Below, piece by piece: positions 1 to 11,885 of a stretch of DNA of 64,000 bases (position 1 is the stretch's first letter; the number at the start of each line of letters is the position of its first letter). The stretch comes from Octopus vulgaris (Eukaryota): contig OX597814.1 in the NCBI GenBank assembly GCA_951406725.2, forward strand, positions 169,694,001-169,758,000. Reading direction: 5' to 3'. The position numbers were made by a program, and so were the translations under genes. The notes under the pieces were generated by a model, which saw nothing but the letters and a program-made list of their open reading frames with translations, did no database searches and had not been told where the DNA came from.

Positions 1-81
1 ACCTTTGTATGGTATTTATTCCCATGCTGGCCACTTGATAATATCGATATTTAAATATTGATATTATCCTTATTTATAAAA

Positions 82-112
<31 letters not shown>

Positions 113-117
113 TATAT

Positions 118-470
118 AATACAAAATAAGAAAATGGAGAAATACATCGAAATCAAATATCAATTACCAGATAATACTCAATCACATACTTTATTAAACC
201 ACCACATAAGAAACTATAAGGTTAAACATAATAATGTAGGGTAAAACAGTGTACATGAAGGAGTGTACATAAAATAGTAATGTTATACAATAAGTAGAAT
301 ACGTATAATAGAAAATAAATATAAGTACACATAAATATAAATATAGACTATATGTTACAGCTGTTTCGGCCATGTAGATAAGCATGTCTCGTTTAACTTA
401 TATTAGCCATTTATGCAGTATATTGGATATATGTTATCCCATGGAGGGTTGAATTTACAACCCCTATCTC
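118..470 (-). mobile_element. Penelope-like terminal (pLTR) fragment in (TA)n
   Basis: Inverted homolog of 4027-4336. Carries GAAA-CAGCTG-TA (3' half of a minimal hammerhead) and ends in (TA)n. Confidence 0.55.
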
Positions 471-477
471 AATTTGT

Positions 478-937
478 ATCATCATCATCATCATCGTTTA
501 ACGTCCGTTCTCCATGCTAGCATGGGTTGGACGGTTCGACCGGGGATCTGGGAAACCAGAAGGCTGCACCAGGCTCCAGTCTTATCTGGCAATGTTTCTA
601 CAGCTGGATGCCCTTCCTAACGCCAACCACTCCGTGAGTGTAGTGGGTGCTTTTTACGTGCCACCTGCACAGGTGCCAGGCGAGGCTGGCAACGGCCACG
701 GTCGGACTGGTGTATTTTATGTGCCACCGGCACGGAAGCCAGTCGAGGCGCCGCTAGCATCGGCCACGAGTCGAATAGTGCTTTTTACGTACCACCAGAC
801 CAGGGATCCTGGCTGGTTCAATTCGATTTCGATTTCGCTTGCCCTAACATGTCTTCGCAAGCAAAGGGGGTTGGCATGGGTGCCTGTCGTACGGTTGGAT
901 TGGGGTATTTTACGTGCCACCGGCACGGAAGCCAGTG
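478..937 (-). mobile_element. SINE module A with (GAT)n tail and internal GTGCC-nnn-GGCAC repeats
   Basis: Same sequence recurs at about 1505-1693(+), 20703-21150(-), 26467-26724(+), 37972-38318(-), 38933-39222(-), 43140-43380(-), 43598-43796(+), 44115-44384(+), 51169-51650(-) and 61544-61800(+). Shared core GGTTGGCGTTAGGAAGGGCATCCAGC. Confidence 0.85.
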
Positions 938-1004
<67 letters not shown>

Positions 1005-1057
1005 CGAAACGTCACTACAAAGCAGTGTGTAAGTATAAGCAGAATTAGTTAAGAGGA

Positions 1058-1446
1058 AATATGTTTGTCACATATCTCAACTGCAAAAAGACAAATACAC
1101 TGCAGTTACTGTGGGGGGAAAAATCTCTCTTATAGTAAAAAGGTTTAAAAACACCTGTTTATTCAGTGTCACCATCCATTAGGAATCCTAGACATCGATG
1201 TTTCGAGTTTTTGACTCTTGTCAATGAGATACACCTAAGAGAGACAACTCTGAACGAACTTGATAAAGGTGTAGCTTTATTTATAATTCAGTAAAAAAAA
1301 AATCGAAACATTGATGTCTGGGATTCTTAATAGTTGGCAATACTGAACAAACCGATGTTTTCACACCTTTTTACCATAAGGGAGATTTTTTCTCCCTGGT
1401 AACTGCAATGTATTTGCCTTTTAACAGTTTAAATATGTCACAAACA
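1058..1446. repeat. Fold-back pair of Penelope-like termini with degenerate hammerhead
   Basis: 1058-1206 is the diverged reverse complement of about 1300-1446. Both arms contain GAAACATYGATGTC. Confidence 0.7.
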
Positions 1447-1455
1447 CACACACAC

Positions 1456-1509
<54 letters not shown>

Positions 1510-1662
1510 AAACACCCACTACACTCACGGAGTGGTTGGCGTTAGGAAGGGCATCCAGCCGTAGATACACTGCCAAATCTGACTGGGCCTGATGAAGCCT
1601 TCCGGCTTCACAGACTCCAGTTAAACCGTCCAACCCATGCTAGCATGGAAAACGGACGCTAA

Positions 1663-1694
<32 letters not shown>

Positions 1695-1709
1695 ATATAT
1701 ATATATGTA

Positions 1710-1931
1710 CAGTAATCCCGCTACTATTTCAAGTGTTACATTCCAAAATGCCCCACAATAGGTGAAAATCCACGAAATAGAAACAGTACTGTACAGTATT
1801 TTTTTTTTATTATTCTTATAATTTGTATATATTTATTTTATTATAAATGCAAAACAACACCACAGAGGAATCAACATAAGCTTAAATAATAAACCACAAT
1901 CAGTGAACTGCAATATAGTGAGGGATTACTC
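1710..1931. mobile_element. Tigger/Tc1-mariner-type MITE
   Basis: TIRs CAGTAATCCC...GGGATTACT(C) flanked by TA. Partial inverted copy at 4622-4757. Confidence 0.7.
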
Positions 1932-1951
1932 TATATATATATATATATATA

Positions 1952-3965
1952 CAGGGATACCTCAGCTTAAGTCATTTTGACTTAAGTCATTCTGAAAGAT
2001 ATGTCAGTTCTCAAAAATAATACATGGAAAAATAAAAATCAAGTTAAGTCGTTTTGGCTCAACTTTACATCAGTCTGCCAATAATATTAGAAGTATAAAA
2101 ACACTAAAACATATTAAATGCACTTAAAATCATGTTACAATAAGATAAGAATAAAAGCATATAAAATATATAAAAGATATATAGCTTTATTACCAAGACT
2201 ATCAGATTTTGTTATATCCCACTAATCACAATGCACTTCCTTGCCTAGTTGTAGATTATGAATGATGCCACCCTGCAGGCTAAGCAGATAGGGCAATATT
2301 CTTCCTGAATGGAATGCCAATAATATTAGAATTATAAAAACACTAAAACACATTAAATGCACATAAAATCATGTTACAATAAATAAGAATAAAAGTATAT
2401 AAAATCATATTAAAATGCAGTAAATGCTAAAATATACACCATAAGGTAGCGCAGCCTAGTTCACTAAAGCATGAAATCAGCTGTGTCGTCTTTCAAAGCT
2501 CATATTGCACTGGTGGTTCCAAAATCTATCATTAGGCATTGTCACGATTCTCGCTATTGTTTTGAATTTGGATTTGTTTACATCCATTTATTGTTTAGAT
2601 TCTCTCATTTACATTCATTTGTAACTTTAATTTTTGCCCTCCATGCCTCCTAAGAAAAGTCCCAGTGAAAGTGCTAAGCATCATGTTATAACACTAAAGA
2701 ATAAGTTGTCGATGACAAAATGTCATGAAAAAGATGAAAAATTTGTAGCAATCGCACAATCTTTTGGGGTGAGTCGGACAACTGTATCAATGATTGTGCA
2801 TAATAAGGACAAGATCTTAACACATATCACATCTGAAGCCCCAAGGATGAAGAATACTGTCATCAGCAAGAAAAGAAGCAAAATTTTTGAAGAAATGGAA
2901 AGTCTTCTATCTATTTGGATCAATAGGCAAATCATCAGAAAGCCACTCTTAGTCCAGAAATCACTCAGGAGAAAGCGTTGTCCTTGTTTGAGGACCTGAA
3001 GAAAAAATACCCAGATGCAAAAGATGTAGAGTTCAAAGCAAGTCAAGGATGGTTTATGAGATTTAAAAACCAGAGAAATTATCACTTCCTAATCCCTTTC
3101 ATTACTGTATTTATTTTGAGATGCTCTGTATTTCAGTTTCTTTAAATATAACAAAGAATTTAGTAAAATAGTTTAGTCATCATTCAGCTAGTGTTAGGAA
3201 CATAAATTGTGACTAAGGTTGGTGGAAGATTTTAATTCAAAACTTATGAAAACAAGATATTTGTACTCAGAGCCAGAGGTGGTTTCAGCCGGGTTGGTAA
3301 CAAAAGGGTTAAGAAGCAAGGTGAAAGCACATCAGCTGACGAACATGCAGCAGCAGAATTTCCTGCAACATTGAAGATCATCAAAGAAAACAAGCAACAA
3401 AATAGAGAAGAAGAGCAAGTTGAACCTGAGCCATGCCACTTCATTAAGAAAAATGCAGCTAGCATTTACACACATCGAAAAAGGTCTTCATATGTTCAAA
3501 GTTATGGATTCAAATGCTCAATGCTTTTCCAAGATTATGAGGGCTTGTCACGATGCCTTTGGTCCTTATGAAGTAATCATTGAAAATAGAAGACAGTTCA
3601 AGGCACTCTCGACCAGTACTTTAAATGCATTGAGCGACAACAAGAACTGCCAGAATCAGCTGTTGATGCTGAAGTTGACAATCCTAGCCATCTACATCAA
3701 CAATGTAAACACCTCCGAATTTTACGTATTGCTAAATTTAAAAGACCTTATATTTTTTTTTTATTTTATTATAAAATAATAATTATTTGTTTGTAAGCTT
3801 AAAATAGGTCTTTATTAACTGTGTCATATTGTAAATGCATTCATAAATAACGTACAGCACTGGGGAATGGCTATTAGCAATGTAAACACGACCAAATTGT
3901 ACATGTTGGTAAATTTAAAATATATATATATTTTTTTAATGCATTACAAAATAATAATAATATTA
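1952..3965 (+). mobile_element. Tigger/pogo DNA transposon, frameshifted, DDE domain deleted
   Basis: TA|CAGGGATACCTC left end. ORF 2634-2999 is a CENP-B-type HTH (IAQSFGVSRTTVSMI), continuing by frameshift as QEKALSLF..FKASQGWFMRFK and GESTSADEHAA, with a C-terminal piece at 3420-3620. Confidence 0.85.
3093..3308. mobile_element. piggyBac-like MITE inserted in the Tigger ORF
   Basis: CCCTTT...AAAGGG|TTAA ends. Second copy at 19984-20181 has TTAA on both sides. Confidence 0.75.
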
Positions 3966-4026
3966 AATAATATGTTAATATGTATACATATGTATACATG
4001 TATGTGTGTATCTATATATTGACCAA

Positions 4027-4336
4027 CCATAAAGGGCTAATATTGGTAAAATGAGACATAATTATCGACATGGCCGAAACAGCTGTAAGATCTAATTTAT
4101 ACTTATATTTATATTTACTTGTATTTATATTCTCTTTTATATATATTCTACTTATTATACAACATTACTCTTTTATGTACACTTTTTATGTACATTCCTT
4201 TATGTACACTGATTTGTCCTGCTTTTTATATTTACCCCTACAGTCTCTTATGTGGTGGTTTAATAAAGTATGTGATTGAGTATTATCTGGTAATTGATAT
4301 TTGATTTCGATGTATTTCTCCATTTTCTTATCTTGT
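4027..4336 (+). mobile_element. Penelope-like terminal fragment
   Basis: Homolog of 118-415. GGCCGAAACAGCTGTAA at about 4072-4088; runs into (TA)n. Confidence 0.55.
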
Positions 4337-4459
4337 ATATATATATATATATATATGCATATATATATATATATACATATATACACATATATATATATAC
4401 ATATATATATATACGTGTGTGTATATATACACACACACACATATATATATATATATACG

Positions 4460-4500
<41 letters not shown>

Positions 4501-5777
4501 CAAAATGGGACAACAAAACATCCAGATACACGATACAAAGAAAACAAAGATAGGTCATTCGAATTTTCTTTCCTCCGTCAAGTACCAGATTATCTTCGCA
4601 ATTTCATGTATATATGTATATACTGTAATCCCTCGCCATATCGTGGTTCACCTATCACAGTTCATTAGTTAAGCTTATGTCAATTCCTCTGTGGTGTTGT
4701 TTTGCATTTATAATAAAATAAATATATATAATTATAAAAATAATTTTAAAAATATACTCCACCTCGCTCTTGTTGATCATCTCCACACACTTCTCCACCG
4801 CAAAATCCACATCGATCGATGGGTATAGGGATACCACATCCATGCTACCCACCATACATCCTGTCAGGTCGCAAGTGTTGTTACAGTCATTGATCCTGCT
4901 GAGATCTTCCATGCTGTCACAAAAATCAGGTGACATCCGGATTATAGGGCGTATGATCATTGAGAGGAAGTAGGAGATCCTGTAGTTGCTAGTAATATTC
5001 GCTCTACAGACTGGTCTTGTTGGTGTTCCTGCTACAGGGTCAGTAGTTACTTTATGGTCCTTGCGAAGTCCATACAGTGTCAGGATATCGTTGTTCCAGG
5101 CTTGGAAATTATTAGCTGTGCGTTTCTGGGGTCTTAGAACAATTGTCCACATCATCATATGGGCGTTGAGGACCTTTTCTCTCTCCTCATGCGCCTGTAA
5201 AGTTGTTACTTTCGTATTGGCAATATGAGGTTACATTGCCTGGATGTAGTTCGGTAAGCTGTCTATAATAACATCCTGCCGGACTTATCTGTGGGAAGGC
5301 ATACCACCTCTCTGTTCCTTGTGCACTGAATGAGCTTACATAGGCCACAAGTAGGTTTAATCCCGAGTTGTTGGGCCTCTGTCTTATTCTGTCTCTGTCT
5401 CTTAGTGTATAGTTCTAAAATCTGTCTAAGTTTGGTCCTAGCTATAGGAACTGCGTTTCCATATGGTCATTAGTATGTCTTGGGATGCAGCCCCTTTTGT
5501 TAAAGGGTAATGTTGTCGGGTAAATCTGGCTCATGTAAGATTTGTCACATATGTTGAAGAATTGAGTGTCAAAGGGGTGGGTATACATCGCTACCACTAT
5601 TTCTGTCGTTACTGTTCCCATCATCAACCCCACTACTATTATCACCATTATTGCCACCATTACCACTATCATCATCACCACTACTACTACTATTACTATC
5701 ACCACCACAACTATCACTACTACCATCATTACTACTTCTACTGTTACCACCACCACCACTACTACTACCACCACCAT

Positions 5778-6185
5778 GGATCTTTTCGGTTTGAACGGCA
5801 GTTTTTTTCTAGCGGTGCCATATGAAATTGTCACCCATAATTATGACCCTAGTATCGATCTATTGCATTTCTATCTGTTTTAGGGTTAGGGGTGGGGGAA
5901 AGGTATCTTTTTTTCTTCACAAATGTAAATAAACCCAATCTGTTTCTTAAACGAGGGACATATTCATACGATACAGAATGTTTTTTACCTCAATAGACGT
6001 CATTGATTGGTTGAAATTGCAGAAATTGAAGAAAAAAAACAACAAATATCTTACAAAGTATAGAATTTTCTCAATAAAGCCAAGAGAAAAAAATGTTTTA
6101 TAAACACATTCTACCAGTATAGGAAGTTTAAAATTTTTTAGTTACCTAAAAATTTTGTTAAAAACTGTTCAAACCGAAAATATCC
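5778..6185 (+). mobile_element. MITE of the GGATC-TIR family (about 400 bp)
   Basis: TIR GGATCTTTTCGGTTTGAAC; six family members in the window. Confidence 0.85.
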
Positions 6186-6859
6186 CACCACCACAACCAC
6201 TACTATTACTACTACTACTACTACTACCACTATTGCTATTACTGTTATTCCTACCACTGCCATTATTGCTATCATTCTGATTAATCGCTAGTGATATTCT
6301 CATTGTTCTTGTTTCTGGTGTTTGTGTTGTTCGTATTAGTTTTGGTTCTTACGTCTGTCTGTTGGTCCCTGCCATTCCCTCTGTTGTGGTTGTTATATTT
6401 GTTCCTACCAGTAGTGTTTTCTGTTTCAAGTCTACTGACTCCCTGTCCAAGAATTCTGTTGCATTCAACTTTATTCTACATCGTGACCCCCATTGACACA
6501 ACTTTTATTCGTGTCCTTGTGACTATGGTTATCTGTGTGTGTGTTTGTGTGTCCGTTCCCCCTATAATTGTTGTTGTTGCTGTTGTATAAGATTTTTTCT
6601 GTTTGTTTTTGTATTTGTATCTGTTGCTTGTGTTCATGCATTCATTTTTGCTGTTGTTGTTGTTGCTGCTGCTATTGGGGTTGTAGCTGTTCGTGTTGTT
6701 TTTGTTGCTACGGTTGTTGTTGCTGCGGTTATAGTTGTACGTGTTGTTGTCGTCTGTGTTGTTATTGTTGTTGTCGTTGTACATCTTTAAATTCCAACGT
6801 ATTTTTGTGAACGACTTTTCAATCTCAGATAGGCATTGGATGGTATTCACCTTATTATG

Positions 6860-7080
6860 AGCTGGCAGAATCGTTAGCACGCCGGACGAAATGCGTAGCC
6901 GTATTTCGTCTGCCGTTACGTTCTGAGTTCAAATTACGCCGAGGTCGACTTTGCCTTTCATCCTCTCGGGGTCGATAAATAAAGTACCAATGTCGCACTG
7001 GGTCGATGTAATCGACTTAATCCCTTTGTCTGCCCTTGTTTGTCCCCTCTATGTTTAGCCCCTTGAGGGCAATAAAGAAA
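6860..7080 (+). mobile_element. tRNA-derived SINE B
   Basis: A-box-like TGGCAGAATCG, B-box-like GAGTTCAAAT, core GTCGACTTTGCCTTTCATCC..GGGGTCGATAAA, AAAGAAAT tail. Other copies at about 15781-16001(-), 28318-28545(-), 30275-30465(-), 40725-40910(-), 47815-48035(-), 56020-56240(-) and 62273-62380(+). Confidence 0.85.
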
Positions 7081-7269
7081 TATATATATCGCATATCTTG
7101 GTGGTAGTTGAAGTATCGATATTTCGTCCGGGTCCGTTGTTATTCCCCCATAGATGTTCGCTTCATAGTCCTTGCTGAATTCTGATGGTAGTGGGACATC
7201 TGCCATAATAATTCCCTTTATTGTATCTGGATACCTCTGTTTCTCTTCTTTTGCGAGTTTATAATGTTG

Positions 7270-7663
7270 AGATCTTTTCGGTTTGAACGGCAGCTTTTAA
7301 CATAATTTCTAGGTAACTAAACACTTTTAAACTTCGTATACTGGTAGAATGTGTTTATAAAACATCTTTTTCTCTTGGCTTTATTGAGAAAATTCTATAC
7401 TTTGTAAGATATTTGTTGTTTTTTTTCTTCAATTTCTGCAATTTCAACCAATCACTGACGTCTATTGAGGTAAAAAAAAAACATTCTGTGCCGTATGAAT
7501 ATGTCCCTCGTTTAAGAAACAGATTGGGCTTATTTACATGTGTGAAGAAAAAAGATACCCTTCTCCCCCACCCTAAAACATTGAAATGCAATAGATCGAT
7601 ACTAGGGTCGTAATTATGGGTGACAATTTCATATGACACCGCTAGAAAAAACCGAAAAGTTCC
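7270..7663 (-). mobile_element. GGATC-TIR MITE
   Basis: 8-bp TSD TAATGTTG/TTATGTTG; opposite orientation to 5778-6185. Confidence 0.85.
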
Positions 7664-8182
7664 TTATGTTGTTTATGTTTAACCACAACAATTTCTTTTT
7701 AAAGTGTCTATTGCACTGGTGTATAAATATGTTTGTTCTCTACATGTATTTACCCATAAGTGTGGTTCTCTCTGTGCGTGTAGTGATGTTTCTAATTTCT
7801 CTTCATAATATGCGTTTGCGTTTTTCTTGCTCACTTAGTTCTTTGTATATTTTGTTTTTAATATTCACCATCAGCGTTCTGGGGTTGGAGAAGAGGAACC
7901 TGCCACAGAAAGAGTATGTGAAACGTTGGAAGGATGTGATGACGTTGGTGGGTGTTAGTAATCCAGCTTAATCATCAAAGAAAGGAAAAAATTAGTTGCT
8001 GGGCATTATAGGCTGCCGGGTTCAAATTTGGAACCTGCACTTTTCCCCTTTTTCGTTTTAACATATGTTATGTTTTCTATTTTTATTAAAAAAAAACGCA
8101 CAAAAGTTCTCGTTGTAAAGGCAAAAGTAAGCCAATGATTCGTTTAAAGGCAAAAGTAAGCCAAGTTTTCGTTTATGTCATA

Positions 8183-8485
8183 CTAGCAGTATTGCCCGGC
8201 GTTGCTCGGATTTGTAAGGGAAATAACTATATAAGCATTTTTAGAGAGTTACTTCCCTTATATAATAGCAAAAAAAGTGCATTAAAAATGGGGAAAAATT
8301 ATGGTAAATTTTTTTTAAGTCGTAGACTCATCATAGACGCGCGCTAATACCCAGAAGGGCTCGATATGAATGACGACTATAAGATACCCGCTTTTGGTTA
8401 AACTGCACCGCAAAATGTGGGAGTAGTTAGGAATCTAAATCGTAGGAGACAGACACTCACACAACTTCACTTTTATATATAAAGA
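8183..8485 (-). mobile_element. Non-autonomous Helitron
   Basis: On the minus strand reads A|TCTTTATATATAAAA...CCGAGCAACGCCGGG hairpin...CTAG|T; no TSD. Confidence 0.85.
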
Positions 8486-8780
8486 TTACAACTAAATTTT
8501 TAAGGCTCATTCGAACTCATATAACATTCTTTGTATTTGTCTGTCTTGTTATGTCCCTATCTAAGATCGCATGATTATAATAAAGATTTAAAGCTTTTCA
8601 GCTTGGCCTTTGCTGAGATCAAGCCGTTCAACGTTGAATGTGACTGTTAATGCATATTTTGGAGGAGACACATAGTTTAATAAACTGAAGCTGTTGAGTC
8701 GTCACGGTTTTCCGTAGGCAACTGAATACAGTTGTCCTTCAGCGTCTTGCTAGCCTGGCTATGGCTCACGTTGTTACGTT

Positions 8781-9082
8781 TATATATTTGTTTTGCAAGA
8801 TTTTTGATGTGAAATCGTGTGTTGAAACAGATATTGTTGTATTTTGGAATGGTCATTTTGTAAGTTTAGCCAATAAAAACACACAGGAGTGTGACGAAAG
8901 AACTCTGGCCGAAATAAGATTAAGATTAATGTAAAAAATAAATAACGCTGAAGCAAAGTAACACCAAATATATAGTGCGTGTGTTTTATTGGCTAAACTA
9001 GCAACATGACCATTCCTAAATACAACAATATCTGTTTCAACACATAATTTCACATCAAAAATTTTGCAAAACAAATATATAT
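8781..9082. repeat. Fold-back pair (about 105-bp arms), Penelope-terminus-like
   Basis: 8781-8885 is the reverse complement of 8977-9082; both outer ends run into TATATA. Confidence 0.8.
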
Positions 9083-9139
9083 ATATATATGTGAGTGTAT
9101 GTATATCTATTTATACATATATGTGTGTACATGTATATA

Positions 9140-9179
<40 letters not shown>

Positions 9180-9917
9180 TATATATACATGTATATGTAT
9201 ATAACTATATATATATACATGTATATGTATATAACTATATATATGTATATGTATATAACTATATATACATACATGTATATACCACTTATATGTGTGTGTG
9301 TATACACACACTCACACACACAGCCATGTAGTTACATTCAAAGCCAGATTAGCAAATAACTGATGCCTTAAGCCATAACCCAGCATTGTCTGACTGACAA
9401 GACATGAATGTGAAATAATAGATTAAATATTCATTTGTCTTCCAGGCCATCCTCCAGGCCAGATCCCACAACTCTATTAAATATAACCTGTTTTTGGTTT
9501 TGTTTTTGATTTTCATTTGTCAATCTTTATTTATTTAACACTAAATAGCTGTAAGCAATATTAGCAAATTATTAACTGAATAGTCTACCTGTGCTGTCAA
9601 TAATGATAGTCATATGTGTTTATCTTGCTTAAAATATATTGAAAAGGATAATAAAATTTAGTTAAAATACAGAAAACTATACCTATTTTTAAATACAGAT
9701 ATTTACATTTAATGAGACTTTATATTGAATGATCTATATAAGAAAACATTATTTATTTATTACAATTATTATTATTCCTTCGTAACATAGTGTAGGTTAA
9801 AATGCACTGGAGTCTTTAGTTATCTGTCAAGTCACAACAAGGACCCAGAGAGATAATACTTTCCTTAAGATGTGCACTGTGCCCAACAAGGCTGCTTTTT
9901 GCAAGACAATAACCTTG

Positions 9918-10320
9918 GGATCTTTTCGGTTTGAACGGCAGTTTTTTCTAGCGGTGTCATATGAAATTGTCACCCATAATTATGACCCTAGTATCGATCT
10001 ATTGCATCTCAATCTGTTTTAGGGTTAGGGTTAGTTAGGGTATCTTTTTTTCTTCACAAATGTAAATAAACCCAATCTGTTTCTTAAACGAAGGACATAT
10101 TCATACGGCACAGAATGTTTTTTTTTTACCTCAATAGACGTCATTGATTGGTTGAAATTGCAGAAAAAAAACAACAAATATCTTACAAAGTATAGAATTT
10201 TCTCAATAAAGCCAAGAGAAAAAGATGTTTTATAAACACATTGTACCAGTATACGAAGTTTAAAATTTTTTCGTTACCTAGAAATTATGTTAAAAACTGC
10301 CGTTCAAACCGAAAAGATCC
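9918..10320 (+). mobile_element. GGATC-TIR MITE
   Basis: Intact TIRs; 8-bp TSD TAACCTTG/CAACCTTG. Confidence 0.9.
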
Positions 10321-10516
10321 CAACCTTGCATTTTTCATACTTTGTGAGAGTAAGCAAATAGGAAATAACAGTTGATACTCAAGGACAAAAATCGTGCTAC
10401 ACAGTGTAATAGCATGCAGAATATTGAGCTAAAAATTACTTGGGATGTTAAAGAAGTTGAAGGTTGCCTATGGGACTCAAATCCACATCTGCGTTTGAAA
10501 TGTTGCATTCATATAT

Positions 10517-10728
10517 GTTTCTTTATTACCCACAAGGGGCTAAACACAGAGGGGACAAACAAGGACAAACGATTTAAGTCGATTACATCGACCCCAGTGC
10601 GTAACTGGTACTTAATTTATCGACCCAGAAAGGATGAAAGGCAAAGACGACCTCGGCGGAATTTGAACTCAGAACGTTAGGGCTACACATTTAGCCCGGC
10701 GTGCTAACGGTTCTACCAGCTCGCCGCC
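10517..10728 (-). mobile_element. tRNA-derived SINE B with TSD
   Basis: Flanked by direct repeat TGTTGCATTCAT (10501-10512 and 10729-10740). Confidence 0.9.
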
Positions 10729-11490
10729 TGTTGCATTCATGTAATAGTTAGAACGTTTGTCACGTTCACTGAAGAGGAGGGTCGGGCAGCCTTTGACTGC
10801 TTTGCATCAAAATGGTTTTTTAACACAAAATGTTTCATGTTATTACTTTTAGCTTTATCAACTTCAAGCTTCATTGCAAACAAAAACTAAAGAGGTTATT
10901 TCAGTTGTCTCCAAGTTTCTAAATTTATATAAACTATGCACTATAAAGGATTTTTAGATGTCGGTTTTTTAATTCTTTAAATTATGCATTGCACCATATA
11001 AAATTCAGCCAAAATTAGTCCAATTATGGGTTTATCAACCACAAGACCCTGAATTTTACAAGTTCTGAATGAAGTGAAAAAATGCATAACAGATGTATAT
11101 ACGTGAGTGTATAAGTATGTATGTATGTATGTATACTGCACACATACACTATTCAAAACGTGTGTTTCTATATTTGTATCTAACATTTAAGATTCAAAAT
11201 CTCTGTACAAAACAATATTAAAATGAATAATGTAGCTCACACACACACACACAATATGGTGGTGCACAAAACGTTTTTAAACCAGAAAAGAAGTTATTAG
11301 ATATTTAATTTTAATTTAATTCTTTGAATTAGCTGATGTAACAGAGACGTAATATTACTCTAACAGCAGCTGCGGGTTAACATTGTTGATTGTAAAAAGA
11401 ATATTATTAAAATTGGTTCGATAGGATGTGCGTATATATACCGTTGCTTCTAGTCTTACTTCTATCAGAGAAAAGGCATCAACGAGAAAA

Positions 11491-11885
11491 TCTTTATATA
11501 TAAAAGAGAGGTTGTTTGCTGTCTGTCTCCTTCGATTTAGATTCCTAACTACTCCCACATTTTGCAGTGCAGTTTAACCAAAACCGGGTATCTTATAGTC
11601 GTGATTCATATCGAGCCCTTCTGAGTATTAGCGCGCGTCTACGATGAGTACGATTTTTAAAAAAATTTACCATCAATTTTTCCCATTTTTTAATGCATTT
11701 TTGGCATATATAAGGGAAGTAACTCTCTAAAAATTTATTATTAAATCTCAGAACGTAAAAAGCTACAGTAACACCCCCCCCTTTTGGTTAGCCATATTGA
11801 GATGGCTATTATACTTTACATCTCTAAAAATGCTTATATAGTTATTTCCCTTACAAACCCGAGCAACGCCGGGCGATACTGCTAG
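11491..11885 (+). mobile_element. Non-autonomous Helitron
   Basis: A|TC start, CCCGAGCAACGCCGGG hairpin, CTAG|T end. Confidence 0.9.

Larger units (their letters stand above)
4757..7970 (-). mobile_element. Penelope-like retroelement (N-terminus plus partial RT), interrupted by two MITEs and a SINE
   Basis: LYGLRKDHK..PTRPV..SMDVVSLYPSI (ORF 4655-5158), PTDKSG near 5280-5300, and upstream segments EIEKSFTKIRW and EISILQLPPRYA. RT is cut off before the YxDD motif. Confidence 0.8.

Noticed and set aside
645-930. CRISPR-like palindromic repeats with spacers of about 30 bp
   Set aside because: The spacers are homologous to each other, the array is internal to a dispersed eukaryotic SINE, and there are no cas genes.
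514-1032. 172-aa ORF, plus similar ORFs at 26213-26704, 33258-33569 and 38009-38365
   Set aside because: Chance read-through of SINE A and (TA)n.
6860-6940. tRNA genes suggested by A/B boxes
   Set aside because: No cloverleaf; the boxes continue into SINE bodies and tails.
10020-10040. Interstitial telomere
   Set aside because: Only two or three TTAGGG units, and they are part of the MITE.
10768-10800. CTGAAGA as a hammerhead core
   Set aside because: No stem II or GAAA..UH follows.
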